DNA from: an uncultured Pseudomonadota bacterium | GTDB lineage: Bacteria; Pseudomonadota; Gammaproteobacteria; Burkholderiales; Methylophilaceae | Reading direction: 5' to 3' | NCBI GenBank assembly: GCA_903882525.1 | Contig: CAIRXI010000182.1 | Coordinates: 1-58,984 of the forward strand | DNA: 58,984 bases | Shown: piece by piece, positions 40,224-50,071 of the stretch | Position numbering within the stretch: position 1 is the stretch's first letter | Layout: each line of letters begins with the position of its first letter | Made by a program: the position numbers and the translations under genes | The notes under the pieces: model-generated | The model's database searches: none | Told to the model about the DNA's origin: nothing | Seen by the model: only the letters and a program-made list of their open reading frames with translations

Positions 40224-40241
40224 TCTTAATTACAGATCACT

Positions 40242-41006
40242 ATGAAATTTGCAACTTGGAATGTCAATTCTCTCAATGTCAGATTGCCGCATGTATTAGA
40301 TTGGCTTCGCGAGACCCAGCCAGACGTATTGTGTTTGCAGGAAACTAAACAGGAGGATGTGAAGTTTCCCTATGCAGAACTTGAAGCAGCGGGTTATCAC
40401 GCTATTCATATCGGGCAAAAAACCTATAATGGCGTGGCTATTTTAAGCCGCCATCCAATGACCAATATACAGCGAAATATCCCTCACTTTGACGATGACC
40501 AGCAGCGAGTTGTTGCCGCAGACATTAATGGCATACGCGTTATTTGTGCTTACATCCCCAATGGGCAGGCGGTAGATTCTGAAAAGTATCACTACAAAAT
40601 GCGCTGGCTGGTGGCGCTGACTGAATGGCTTAAAACTGAATTGGCCACACACCCTAAGCTCATGCTATTAGGTGATTACAACATTGCACCTGAAGACCGT
40701 GATTGCCATGATCCATCCGCATGGGTTGGCCAGATTTTGGTCAGCCCTGCAGAGCGTAATGCCTTTCAAAAAATATTGGGTTTAGGCCTGCATGATAGCT
40801 TTCGCCTATTTGATCAGGTGGATAAAAGCTATAGCTGGTGGGATTACCGCATGATGGGATTTAGGCGTAATTTTGGTATGCGCATAGACCATATTTTAGT
40901 CAGTGAAGCCTTAAAATCTCTATGCATTAAAGCGCATATTGATAAAGCGCCGCGAATGTTAGAGCGGCCTTCTGACCATACCCCAGTTTTGCTCGAAACC
41001 GCGTAA
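40242..41006 (+). CDS. xthA: Exodeoxyribonuclease III
   Basis: ATWNVNS, LQETK, YNGVA, GDYNIAP, SWWDYR, RIDHIL, SDHTP. Confidence 0.96.
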   Translation: MKFATWNVNSLNVRLPHVLDWLRETQPDVLCLQETKQEDVKFPYAELEAAGYHAIHIGQKTYNGVAILSRHPMTNIQRNIPHFDDDQQRVVAADINGIRVICAYIPNGQAVDSEKYHYKMRWLVALTEWLKTELATHPKLMLLGDYNIAPEDRDCHDPSAWVGQILVSPAERNAFQKILGLGLHDSFRLFDQVDKSYSWWDYRMMGFRRNFGMRIDHILVSEALKSLCIKAHIDKAPRMLERPSDHTPVLLETA

Positions 41007-41024
41007 GCTTTGGTATGACTATTC

Positions 41025-42338
41025 TTACCCTTTTATTTTAATACCGAGTTGCTTAAGTTTACGATATAAATGTGTGCGCTCAAGGCCTGCAATTTCAGCT
41101 AGCTTGCTCATGTTATGCATCGCCGCTTGCATATGATATTCAAAGTAAAAGCGCTCAAATTCATCACGAGCTTCGCGTAAAGGTTGATCTAAACTCAGAC
41201 CAGAAGTAGCAACTCCAGATTTAGGCGCTACACTCCGTCGCTCATCACTACCCGCTGACCATGGCTTAGCATCATCAAATTGATGCACGACACGCTTCAC
41301 ATCTTCCAAGCTAATTTTCTTACCTAAACTGGTTTGTATCAGGTTACGAACCACCGCATCAAGCTGGGCTAAATCACCTGGCCAATCAGCATTACGTAGA
41401 CTGTTCAAAGCTGCAATATCAAACTCTCGGTACTCCATATCAGCAAGTTCAAACTGTAAGTTAGCCATGGCAACAACCAAATCAGGAATATCTTCTTTAT
41501 GCTCATCAAGCGCAGGTATGCGTAGCGATACTGCTGACAACGCTTGCAATAAATTGTGATCAAATAAACCATCCACTTGCAGTTTTGGTAAATTCTCACT
41601 CGTGCCACAAACTACACGCACATTATATTTATCCGCTTTTGCAATCAGTAATAACAACCCTTTTTGCTCAGTTTTATTCAGTTCCGTCAGCTCTGTAATG
41701 TAGAGCAAGCCATCACGTATTGCTTCTAAAATATCCAAAGGCGCGGACGCCAATCGATTGAGTTCAGTAAGTTGCAACCAAGGGGTATTGGGGGTTTGCA
41801 AAAAGCGGGCGCACAACTCGGCACCGCTACCCTTAGGGCCAATTAACAATACCGGACTTGGACTGAGGCTTGAGCTGGCTGCAATCTTATCTAAACGATC
41901 TTTCAAAGCCATGACTATCGGACTTTTACCTAAGCTCGCCAAATTCATCTCTGATTTTGGTAACTGCTCTCCATGCTTTAAAGCTTCACCAACCGTCTTT
42001 AACAACTTCTGAAGTGCAATTGGCTTTTCCAAAAAGTCAAAAGCCCCTATACGCGTCGCCTCCACAGCCGTATCTATCGTGCCATGGCCAGACATCATGA
42101 CCACAGGCATCGTAAGCAGACCACCACTACCCCACTCTTTCAGTAGCGTAATGCCATCACAATCTGGCATCCAAATATCCAGCAGCACAATATCCGGCCG
42201 CTCATGCAGACGTGCCGCTCGGGCTGCAGCTGCATTTTCAGCCAACTCTACATGATAGCCTTCGTCTTGCAATATATCGCGCAATAGTTCGCGTATGCCT
42301 ATTTCATCATCGACTACTAATATACGTTTTGATGCCAT
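41025..42338 (-). CDS. ntrX: NtrX-like response regulator (REC, degenerate AAA+, Fis HTH)
   Basis: VVDDE, LDIWMP, MSGHG, FLEKP; no GAFTGA; LERTHLYRKL HTH. Confidence 0.85.
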   Translation of the reverse strand: MASKRILVVDDEIGIRELLRDILQDEGYHVELAENAAAARAARLHERPDIVLLDIWMPDCDGITLLKEWGSGGLLTMPVVMMSGHGTIDTAVEATRIGAFDFLEKPIALQKLLKTVGEALKHGEQLPKSEMNLASLGKSPIVMALKDRLDKIAASSSLSPSPVLLIGPKGSGAELCARFLQTPNTPWLQLTELNRLASAPLDILEAIRDGLLYITELTELNKTEQKGLLLLIAKADKYNVRVVCGTSENLPKLQVDGLFDHNLLQALSAVSLRIPALDEHKEDIPDLVVAMANLQFELADMEYREFDIAALNSLRNADWPGDLAQLDAVVRNLIQTSLGKKISLEDVKRVVHQFDDAKPWSAGSDERRSVAPKSGVATSGLSLDQPLREARDEFERFYFEYHMQAAMHNMSKLAEIAGLERTHLYRKLKQLGIKIKG

Positions 42339-42375
42339 GTGTTTTATCTTTTAATGTTTATATAGTCAATGTTGG

Positions 42376-44544
42376 TTAAGCTGCTTTGTCAATCAACAGC
42401 GGAATGCTAATGGTCACAATAGCGCCACTTGCATTTGCTTGGTAATTTTGGTCTGCAGTCAATTTGGATAGATTTTCAATCTTAATAGTACCCTTATGTT
42501 CGTCAATAATTTTCTTCACGATGGCCAAACCAAGCCCAGTACCGTGAGGTTTGGTAGTGATATAGGGCTCAAAAATATGCGACATCATCTCGGCTGGGAA
42601 CCCACTGCCATTATCTTTTACCGATAACACAAGCATGTCATTCAAGACTTCTGTCTTCACTGTGATGATGGGTTGTGCGTGCTGAGCAAGGGCGTCTTGC
42701 GCATTTTGCAATAAATTATGAATAACCTGTCTTAGCATGGTGCTATCACCCTCTATGCTGCCGGCTTTCTTGGCTAAAGAAAGCTCTATCTGAATGCCAG
42801 GCAGTTCATAAAGAGAGATTACCTCATGAATTAATGCATTTAAGTCCAAGCGTTCTAATTTCGGTGCGGGAGACCGTGCATACTCACTAAATTCATTGAC
42901 CATCCGCTTCATCGCATCCACTTGATTGACGATAGTTTCGGTGGAACGTTTTAATATTTCAGCATCGGACGCTTCTAATTTGTCCAGAAATTTATGTGCA
43001 ATACGTTCTGCGGATAATTGAATCGGGGTTAATGGGTTTTTTATTTCATGCGCCAATCGCCTAGCCACTTCGCCCCAAGCCGCATCACGCTGCGCCTGCA
43101 CCATGGTGGTAGCATCATCGAAAACCGCTACATATCCTCCATCAGGCAATCGCGTACCGCGTAAGGTTAAAATTTGCTTACCTTGCGCATTCACTAATTC
43201 AATTTGCGTTTGCGCCTCATCTTTATGGCTACTCTTTTGCTCTACATCCTGCTGAATATGCAAGTTAATCGCCTGTAAGAACTCAGAGAGCTGGGGCTGC
43301 TTGGTCATGATTTTAGCCAAGCTAAATCCAACGTAACGTTCCAAGTCCACACCTAGAATATTGGCTGCAGCTTGATTAAAAGTGCGTAACTCACCATGCT
43401 CATTAAGTGCCATTACACCAGAAGACAAATGTGCGAGTATGGTTTCTAAATAACCTCGCGCGGCCTCAACTCGATCACGATTACTGTCCGCTGCTTTAGT
43501 CGCATCGCTTAATTGACGCGTCATACTGTTAAAAGAGGCGACCAACACCCCTAGCTCATCTTTACCATGTTCAGGTAAGACAATGCTGTAGTCCCCACTC
43601 GCGATCGCCTTTGTGCCTTCAGCCAGCACTGTGAGCGGCGCAGATAATCGGCGACTCAGGACAAAGGCAATAGCAACTGCGCTAAGCATCGCCAGCATCA
43701 TCACCAAGGTTAAAGTTAGTGCAAAGACCTCACGTAATGAAGCTCTGCTATAAGAGAGCTTTTGGTAATCCTGATAAACGTCCTGCACTGCTTCTGCTGT
43801 AGCGGCAAGCGTCTTGGGCACTGGCTGCAATAACTGTAAAATCCTGGTTTCTCCGGCGAGATCTTGCACCGCCACCGGCACTAATACCCTCAAATACAGA
43901 CCTTTTTTACCTAGGGGTTCAATACTGCCTACAATATGCTGCCGCGCTTGTCTAAGCTGAGTCACACTTGGCAGTTCCGGCAAAAAACTACTAGAGTCAC
44001 TACTCGACACCGCCAAAATTCTACCTTGCAACGTGAGTAAAGTAGCGTCCTGTATGCCACTTTTTTCACGCAGATCATTGAGCAGAGAGAAGTGTGTATT
44101 GGTTGGCTGAAAGGCAAGGCTTGTCGCCATGCTTTCCCCTTTTTCTTTCACATCCGCTAACATAACATCTAAAGCCGTACGACCTAAATTAAGCCCACCC
44201 TCTAACGCGGCCTCAACCTTGACGTTAAACCAAGATTCAATTGAGCGCGTTAAAAAATTTACCGAAACTAAGTACACGATTAAACCAGGAATAATCGCCA
44301 TAAGCGCAAAGGTAGTCAGCAGACGCATGGTGAAGCGACTGCCCATCACGCGCTGACGTATTTTTCTATAAATGCCGAAAAGTTGTAGTGCAATCAATAG
44401 CACAAGAAAAACTGCTAAGACTACATTGAGCGTGACTAGCAAAGTATAGTATTCGCCAGATGCCGCAGTATTAGCACTGGAATTTGAGAGTAGATAAAGT
44501 AAAAACGCGCCTAAAGTCGCACTAACAAATACGATGTATCTCAT
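42376..44544 (-). CDS. ntrY: NtrY-like sensor histidine kinase (HAMP-PAS-HisKA)
   Basis: SIESWF, AWGEVARRLAHEIKNPLTPIQLSAER, NLLQNA, DNGSG, GTGLGL. Confidence 0.88.
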   Translation of the reverse strand: MRYIVFVSATLGAFLLYLLSNSSANTAASGEYYTLLVTLNVVLAVFLVLLIALQLFGIYRKIRQRVMGSRFTMRLLTTFALMAIIPGLIVYLVSVNFLTRSIESWFNVKVEAALEGGLNLGRTALDVMLADVKEKGESMATSLAFQPTNTHFSLLNDLREKSGIQDATLLTLQGRILAVSSSDSSSFLPELPSVTQLRQARQHIVGSIEPLGKKGLYLRVLVPVAVQDLAGETRILQLLQPVPKTLAATAEAVQDVYQDYQKLSYSRASLREVFALTLTLVMMLAMLSAVAIAFVLSRRLSAPLTVLAEGTKAIASGDYSIVLPEHGKDELGVLVASFNSMTRQLSDATKAADSNRDRVEAARGYLETILAHLSSGVMALNEHGELRTFNQAAANILGVDLERYVGFSLAKIMTKQPQLSEFLQAINLHIQQDVEQKSSHKDEAQTQIELVNAQGKQILTLRGTRLPDGGYVAVFDDATTMVQAQRDAAWGEVARRLAHEIKNPLTPIQLSAERIAHKFLDKLEASDAEILKRSTETIVNQVDAMKRMVNEFSEYARSPAPKLERLDLNALIHEVISLYELPGIQIELSLAKKAGSIEGDSTMLRQVIHNLLQNAQDALAQHAQPIITVKTEVLNDMLVLSVKDNGSGFPAEMMSHIFEPYITTKPHGTGLGLAIVKKIIDEHKGTIKIENLSKLTADQNYQANASGAIVTISIPLLIDKAA

Positions 44545-45140
44545 TATTTAGGTTCTGATTTTAGTAAGCTTGGCGACCATTCAAAGCGTTGCGAGCTCAT
44601 TTTCCAATCGTTGCTACCTAGTGCATCTACCTGCAATGATTTTGGTAGCTTCTTATGGTCCAATCGCATCAATAAAATGGCGCGATATGTCAGTCCTTTT
44701 TCCAGCTCAGATTTTTGCATCACTTTCAAATCACGCACCGTAGCTAAATCCTGCTGCGCTTCCGCTAATGTGGCAAAGGTTTTTTGCTGATCACCTCTAA
44801 TCACTAAATACTGACGTGATAGCGCGTGATAGCCCAAAGCAACCCTTTGTGAGACTGTTTTTATTTCATCATCAAACCAATATTTTCGCGGTGTAATTAA
44901 TTGAAATTCAATTAAAAAATTAAGTTCGAAGCCTTTATTGACGGCCTGCTCCACTTCATCATTAAATTTCAGGTCTATATCCGCATTGAGTGCGTACTCA
45001 TCCTCCACAGCGACTAGGTCTGCGCTTCTTATATTTAGACTACTATTAGCAGCGAAGGCGCTACTGGCTAGCAATGCAAACAGGCAGGCGCACAACAGTT
45101 GTTTAGTTTTTTTGTAGCAATGCATAAAAGAAGCCGTCAT
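44544..45140 (-). CDS. DUF4390 domain protein
   Basis: Signal peptide, RKYWFD, YHALSRQY, LPKSLQVDAL..W; conserved slot between rsmB and ntrY. Start may be 45140 or 45125. Confidence 0.85.
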   Translation of the reverse strand: MTASFMHCYKKTKQLLCACLFALLASSAFAANSSLNIRSADLVAVEDEYALNADIDLKFNDEVEQAVNKGFELNFLIEFQLITPRKYWFDDEIKTVSQRVALGYHALSRQYLVIRGDQQKTFATLAEAQQDLATVRDLKVMQKSELEKGLTYRAILLMRLDHKKLPKSLQVDALGSNDWKMSSQRFEWSPSLLKSEPK

Positions 45141-46407
45141 GAGCGGTTGAAGGTATAAGCTGTCCATTGATGTACGTAAGAGTACTTTGGGCATGGCCAA
45201 TTGGCAGCTCAAATGGTATTTGCTTTGCATCCGCATTATTTTGTAAGAATTTATCCACTTGCCCCTGATTTTCTTCATTAAAAATTGAACAGGTTACATA
45301 AAGCAATTTACCACCCTTTGCCAACATCTGCCATAAACTAGGTAGAATTTTCGCTTGTTGCGCAGCAAAAGAAGGGATATCAGCCTCACGACGCAACCAT
45401 TTAATATCAACATGGCGGCGCACGATGCCGGACGCCGTACATGGTACGTCGGCCAAAATTCTATCAAAAACCACACCATCCCACCAACTGGCAGAGGCTG
45501 CATCGCCCACGAGTAAATTAGACCTTAATTGCAGGCGATCTAGATTACTTTGTACCCGTTGCAGGCGAGCCGCATCGCTATCAAGTGAAGTCATGTCCAC
45601 ATTGGCTAACTCTAGTATATGTCCAGTTTTCCCGCCAGGAGCGCAACAAGCATCCAGCACGCGCAAATTGTCCTCTAAATCCAATAAGTGTGCCGCAAGT
45701 TGCGCACCATAGTCTTGTACAGAAACAATGCCATCAGTAAACCCAGGGATTTTTTCCACCGATTGAGGGCGACTTAAGGTCACAGCCTGAGGGCCAATCA
45801 CACTAGACTCTATATCTTGGCGCGTTAATAACTGCGTGTAATCGTGAATGCTAATTTTTTTCGTATTAACGCGTAAGGTCATCGGTGGATGCTGATTGCC
45901 AGTTTCTAATATGCTCTGCCAATGCTGCGGATACTGAATTTTGAGTTTGTTAATCCACCACTGCGGATAAGAGTAAGTTGCGACTTCGCTAGTTTTTAAC
46001 GCGCCTGCCAACTGCTCTTTTTGGCGTAAAAAGTTACGCAAAATTGCATTGACCAAACCCTTGGCCCAGCTCTTGGCTGCTGGTCTTTTTAACTCACTTA
46101 CCGCATGGACCGCTTGATTCACAACTGTAAAAGCATCGGCTTTATCATGCAACAGTTGAAAAACTGCCACCAACAGCAAAGCATGTATGCGGTCATCGGT
46201 GAGCTGTTTTTCTAAAAGCTGCGTTAAATAAGCTTCAATTTCACCATAAAAGCGCAAGGTGCCATAACTTAGATCTTGAGCGGCACCACGTTGCTGTGGA
46301 GTGGCTTCAGGAAATGTGGCGAGCGCAGCGGGTAACGCTAAGGTTAAGTTACGTCCAGACAAGACTTGGTTAACGGCGTTGGCGGCGATTTGTTGGGATA
46401 TATACAA
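45103..46407 (-). CDS. rsmB: 16S rRNA m5C967 methyltransferase
   Basis: NusB-like N-terminus (YGTLR, LVNAILR), VQDYGAQ, DACCAPGGKT, DVPCTASG, YVTCS; follows fmt; TTG start. Confidence 0.95.
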   Translation of the reverse strand: MYISQQIAANAVNQVLSGRNLTLALPAALATFPEATPQQRGAAQDLSYGTLRFYGEIEAYLTQLLEKQLTDDRIHALLLVAVFQLLHDKADAFTVVNQAVHAVSELKRPAAKSWAKGLVNAILRNFLRQKEQLAGALKTSEVATYSYPQWWINKLKIQYPQHWQSILETGNQHPPMTLRVNTKKISIHDYTQLLTRQDIESSVIGPQAVTLSRPQSVEKIPGFTDGIVSVQDYGAQLAAHLLDLEDNLRVLDACCAPGGKTGHILELANVDMTSLDSDAARLQRVQSNLDRLQLRSNLLVGDAASASWWDGVVFDRILADVPCTASGIVRRHVDIKWLRREADIPSFAAQQAKILPSLWQMLAKGGKLLYVTCSIFNEENQGQVDKFLQNNADAKQIPFELPIGHAQSTLTYINGQLIPSTAHDGFFYALLQKN

Positions 46408-46490
46408 AGAGAACTTTCTTAAAAATGAATACCTATTGGTTAGGTGTTGATTTTACTTGATAAGTTGACCGCTTGGTTTTTTATGCTGAG

Positions 46491-47423
46491 TTAGTCAGCG
46501 GCAGTAAATATATCGCCTATAGCCAAATTTCGGCTTTGCACAAAGACCTCTGCGGTTAGACGCTTAGCACCCGGTGCTTGTAGCTCCGTAATCCGCAATA
46601 AACCATCGCCACAACCAACCAAAATTCCGGAATCAATCGCAACAACTTCACCGGGCTCGCCATGGCCCGACTCTGCGACCGCCATCCAAATACGACAAAC
46701 CTCTCCCTTGAGCTGGCTTTGCGCGACTGGAAAGGGGTTAAACGCACGTACTTGACGTGATATTTCAGTGGCACTCTTATGCCAGTCAATCGCAGCTTCA
46801 GCTTTCTCTAACTTATGAGCGTAAGTCACCAAAGATTCATCTTGTGGCGTGGCAGAAAGTTTCCCAGTTTTCTCTAATATTGCTATAGCCTCTACCATGA
46901 GTTTTGCGCCGACTAAACTTAAGGCGTCATGTAAAATCTGTGTAGTGTCAGTATTGGTAATCGCAACTACACCTCGACTCACCATGGCACCAGCATCCAA
47001 GGCCGGCACGACCTCCATAATAGTCACACCGGTTTCGTTGTCGCCAGCTAATATTGATCTATGAATCGGTGCTGCACCACGCCAGCGCGGTAATAAAGAG
47101 GCATGGATATTGTAGCAACCAAAACGCGGCATATGCAGGATAACTGTAGGAATAATAAGACCATAGGCGGCTACAATCATCACATCAGCATGCACCGCAG
47201 CAACTCGCGCTTGCACTTCAGCATCTTTCAAAGTTGCTGGCTGAAACACTTTAATCTGGTGTTGCTCGGCTAATAATTTAACTGGACTGGCTTTTAGCTT
47301 CATACCACGTCCGGCAGGCCGATCGGGTTGCGTGAGTACCATTACAATTTCATGCCCAGCAGCAATTAGGGCTGCTAGCGCAGGAGTTGCGAACTCGGGC
47401 GTACCGGCAAAAATAATTTTCAA
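46491..47423 (-). CDS. fmt: Methionyl-tRNA formyltransferase
   Basis: IFAGTPEFA, TQPDRPAGRG, NIHASLLPRWRGAAPI; TTG start. Confidence 0.97.
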   Translation of the reverse strand: MKIIFAGTPEFATPALAALIAAGHEIVMVLTQPDRPAGRGMKLKASPVKLLAEQHQIKVFQPATLKDAEVQARVAAVHADVMIVAAYGLIIPTVILHMPRFGCYNIHASLLPRWRGAAPIHRSILAGDNETGVTIMEVVPALDAGAMVSRGVVAITNTDTTQILHDALSLVGAKLMVEAIAILEKTGKLSATPQDESLVTYAHKLEKAEAAIDWHKSATEISRQVRAFNPFPVAQSQLKGEVCRIWMAVAESGHGEPGEVVAIDSGILVGCGDGLLRITELQAPGAKRLTAEVFVQSRNLAIGDIFTAAD

Positions 47424-47432
47424 GTACGATCC

Positions 47433-47963
47433 TTAAATATTGTTGTGGCGTTGTTTTGTAGGTTCATGATCACGAAGCTGTTTAAGCATTTTACTTTTGA
47501 TACGATTGCGTTTAAGCGGAGATAAATACTCCACAAAGACTCTTCCCAATAAATGGTCTATTTCATGCTGGATACAAACGCTCAATAAACCATGTGCTTT
47601 CAAAGTGAATTTTTGACCTTCATGGTTGAGCGCTTCAACTGTCACTTTCTCCGCCCTTGTCACATTTTCATAGATTCCTGGCACGGATAAGCAACCCTCT
47701 TCATAATCTTGCTCACCACTACTAGCAATAATTTTAGGGTTAATAAACACCTGTAATTTATCTTTTGTCTCACTTGTGTCGATAATAAGTAGTTGGATAT
47801 GCGCATTAACCTGCGTCGCTGCCAACCCTATGCCTGGCGCATCGTACATAGTCTCTGCCATATCGTTGATTAATTGACGAATTTTAGTATCCACTTCTAT
47901 TACTGGTTTAGCTACCGTATGTAGGCGTGGGTCTGGATAATTAAGAATATTTAAAATTGCCAT
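47433..47963 (-). CDS. def: Peptide deformylase
   Basis: [20 protein letters not shown]. Confidence 0.98.
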   Translation of the reverse strand: MAILNILNYPDPRLHTVAKPVIEVDTKIRQLINDMAETMYDAPGIGLAATQVNAHIQLLIIDTSETKDKLQVFINPKIIASSGEQDYEEGCLSVPGIYENVTRAEKVTVEALNHEGQKFTLKAHGLLSVCIQHEIDHLLGRVFVEYLSPLKRNRIKSKMLKQLRDHEPTKQRHNNI

Positions 47964-48071
47964 ATGTACTCTATTTATTTCTATAAAAATTTGATAAGCG
48001 AATTAATAACGTGCTAAATTTCACTCAATAATACTGTTTTGCCACACATTTTTAACTAAGGCTATCAACAT

Positions 48072-48299
48072 ATGTATAACCACATTATAGCGCTGCTCAT
48101 GTTTTGTTGCATGAGCTTTGGGGCTTATGCAGGAGAAGTCCGCCTTAAAAATGAGCATCAAGATCGCCATTTGGCGACCAAAGATGATGCCTTGCTAGGA
48201 ATATTAGTTAACTGTCTTGATGGTTCATGGCCATGGTGTAAAGTAGATGGGTTCAATCACACCCAAACTGAAAATCCACATTTTATTTCCCTTATATGA
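48072..48299 (+). pseudogene. Truncated, degenerate LysM peptidoglycan-binding protein (TsaP-like) remnant
   Basis: Signal peptide then HQDRHLATKDDALLGI..GSWPWCKV..N..QTENPHFI, a decayed form of the HPDRYVVKKGDTLWDI..PW.WP..W..N.QIKNPHLIYPG LysM pattern. It occupies the def<>LysM-dprA slot but is only 75 aa. Confidence 0.78.
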
Positions 48300-49195
48300 A
48301 TATTAACCAAAGCGAGGATCTTGCAGAGAAAACCTTGTGGATTGGCTTAAGTAAAATCGATGGTTTAGATGCGCAAACCTTTTGTGAGCTACTTAAAGTG
48401 TTTGGCAATCCGCGTAATATTTATGCGGCAAGTTTCCAGCAATTAAAAACCGTAGTTGCCGATCATATTGCGACTGAGATTAGCCGCGGTGTAAATGAAG
48501 AGTCTTTGGCAGAGTCTATGCGCTGGTTGTCGCTAGAGAATAATTTTCTAGTGACCTTGGCCGACTCGCACTACCCAAAAGCACTTCTTGAAATAAATGA
48601 CCCACCCCCAGTTCTCTACGCCAAAGGCAAGTTGGGGCTTTTAAACCAGCCTAGCATCGCTATCGTTGGCAGTCGCAACGCTACGACACAAGGTAAAGAA
48701 AATGCGGAAGCTTTTGCCAAAGGCCTTTCTAGCTACGGCCTGTGCATCGTAAGTGGCTTGGCACTAGGTATCGATGGCGCAGCGCATCGTGGCGCACTGC
48801 AAGCCAATGGCTCCACCATTGCTGTAGCTGCTACCGGCTTAGATATTGTTTACCCATCTAAGCACCTTGATTTAGCCCACCAAATAGCTAAGCATGGACT
48901 GCTAATCTCAGAGTTTTCTTTAGGTGAAACATCAAAACCAGAAAACTTTCCAAGACGTAATCGTTTGATTAGCGGTCTAAGCCTAGGCTGTTTAGTAGTT
49001 GAAGCCAGTCTGCAAAGTGGCTCGCAAATAACCGCCCGACTATCTACCGAACAGGGTCGCGAAGTATTTGTAATTCCAGGCTCCATCCATTCTCCAACTT
49101 CAAAAGGTTGCCATCAGTTGATAAAACAAGGCGCCAAACTGGTGGATAACCTGCAAGATATTATTGAAGATCTGAATTTAGCGCATTTAAGTTGA
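48296..49195 (+). CDS. dprA: DNA-processing protein DprA (Smf), C-terminally truncated
   Basis: YPKALLEINDPPPVLY, AIVGSR, SGLALGIDGAAH, NFPRRNRLISGL, VEASLQSGSQITA, GCHQLIKQGAKLV; stops at 299 aa. Confidence 0.93.
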   Translation: MNINQSEDLAEKTLWIGLSKIDGLDAQTFCELLKVFGNPRNIYAASFQQLKTVVADHIATEISRGVNEESLAESMRWLSLENNFLVTLADSHYPKALLEINDPPPVLYAKGKLGLLNQPSIAIVGSRNATTQGKENAEAFAKGLSSYGLCIVSGLALGIDGAAHRGALQANGSTIAVAATGLDIVYPSKHLDLAHQIAKHGLLISEFSLGETSKPENFPRRNRLISGLSLGCLVVEASLQSGSQITARLSTEQGREVFVIPGSIHSPTSKGCHQLIKQGAKLVDNLQDIIEDLNLAHLS

Positions 49196-49402
49196 TGCCC
49201 ACAAATTCCTCAGAAACTCCAACCGGCGAACAATTGAGCAGCTAGCTTCTGACGGCCATAGGTGATGAATCAATTTGATTAGAAACTAATATGCCGTTAA
49301 GCCGCTTGACGGTGAGCGAAGTTTGATCCATGCTAAGGTTACGTGAATTTAAAGGGAGTATCGCTAGCGTAGAAGGGCGGACAATATCAAAAGATTATGT
49401 AG
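49196..49402 (+). pseudogene. dprA: Decayed 3' end of dprA (winged-helix domain)
   Basis: From 49246: LLTAIGDESI*LETNMPLSRLTVSEV*SMLRLREFKGSIASVEG, then after a frameshift GQYQKIM* (TAG 49400-49402). This matches the DprA C-terminal pattern. It is out of frame with the core, with stops at 49243, 49276 and 49324. Confidence 0.82.
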
Positions 49403-49516
49403 TTAGAGTTGCAATACAGAATGCTTCATATTCTGTCATTTAAGAACTATGCATAAACCATCACACTTAATTTAAAAGTACTTTATTCAAAAATATTTTA
49501 TTTAAGGATACAAGCT

Positions 49517-49990
49517 ATGTTTGAAGTATTGGTTTATATGTTTGAAAACTACATTGATACCCATTTTAGACCAGACGAGAGTACGCTTTCGAGCGAATTG
49601 TTTGCCGCGGGATTTGATGAGCAAGATATTGACGGTGCATTTAATTGGTTTAATCAGCTTGAGCTTATGGCTGACCAACCAGATATCTATGAAAAAGCCC
49701 ACCATGTCAGCACCCGAATTTTTACCAACGATGAATTAAAAAAAATCAGTGGTGAAAGTATCGGTTTTGTTTTATTTTTGGTGCAAGCCAAGATACTCAA
49801 TACCATACAACGCGAGTTAGTGCTTGAACTAGCGATGAACTTACCCCAGCCAGAAATTGGCATTGAAGAGATGCGGTGGATTGTGCTGATGACCACTTGG
49901 GGAGCTAGTAAGTCTGGGCCAGATAAAACAAAAGAATATTTGTTTATTGAAGATGCCCTGCTTAATAAACAAAAACCGACACTACATTAG
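49517..49990 (+). CDS. smg: Smg (DUF494) protein
   Basis: MFEVLVYMFENY, ELFAAGF, RIF, QRELV, RWIVLM; follows dprA. Confidence 0.92.
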   Translation: MFEVLVYMFENYIDTHFRPDESTLSSELFAAGFDEQDIDGAFNWFNQLELMADQPDIYEKAHHVSTRIFTNDELKKISGESIGFVLFLVQAKILNTIQRELVLELAMNLPQPEIGIEEMRWIVLMTTWGASKSGPDKTKEYLFIEDALLNKQKPTLH

Positions 49991-50071
49991 TAGCATCGGC
50001 TTTTATTGTTAACTTAAATTGTTGATACACGTATAAGCTTGCGCAAAAAACGTGAGGCTTTAGCGCAAGTT

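Noticed and set aside
41025-42338. NtrC-like regulator lacking GAFTGA and with a degenerate Walker A as a pseudogene or novelty
   Set aside because: Degenerate AAA+ domains are a known property of NtrX-type regulators in the rsmB-DUF4390-ntrY-ntrX cluster, and the ORF is intact.
49991-50071. Absence of a topoisomerase gene after smg as a deletion
   Set aside because: No relic is visible and that linkage is variable, so it cannot be supported from this window.
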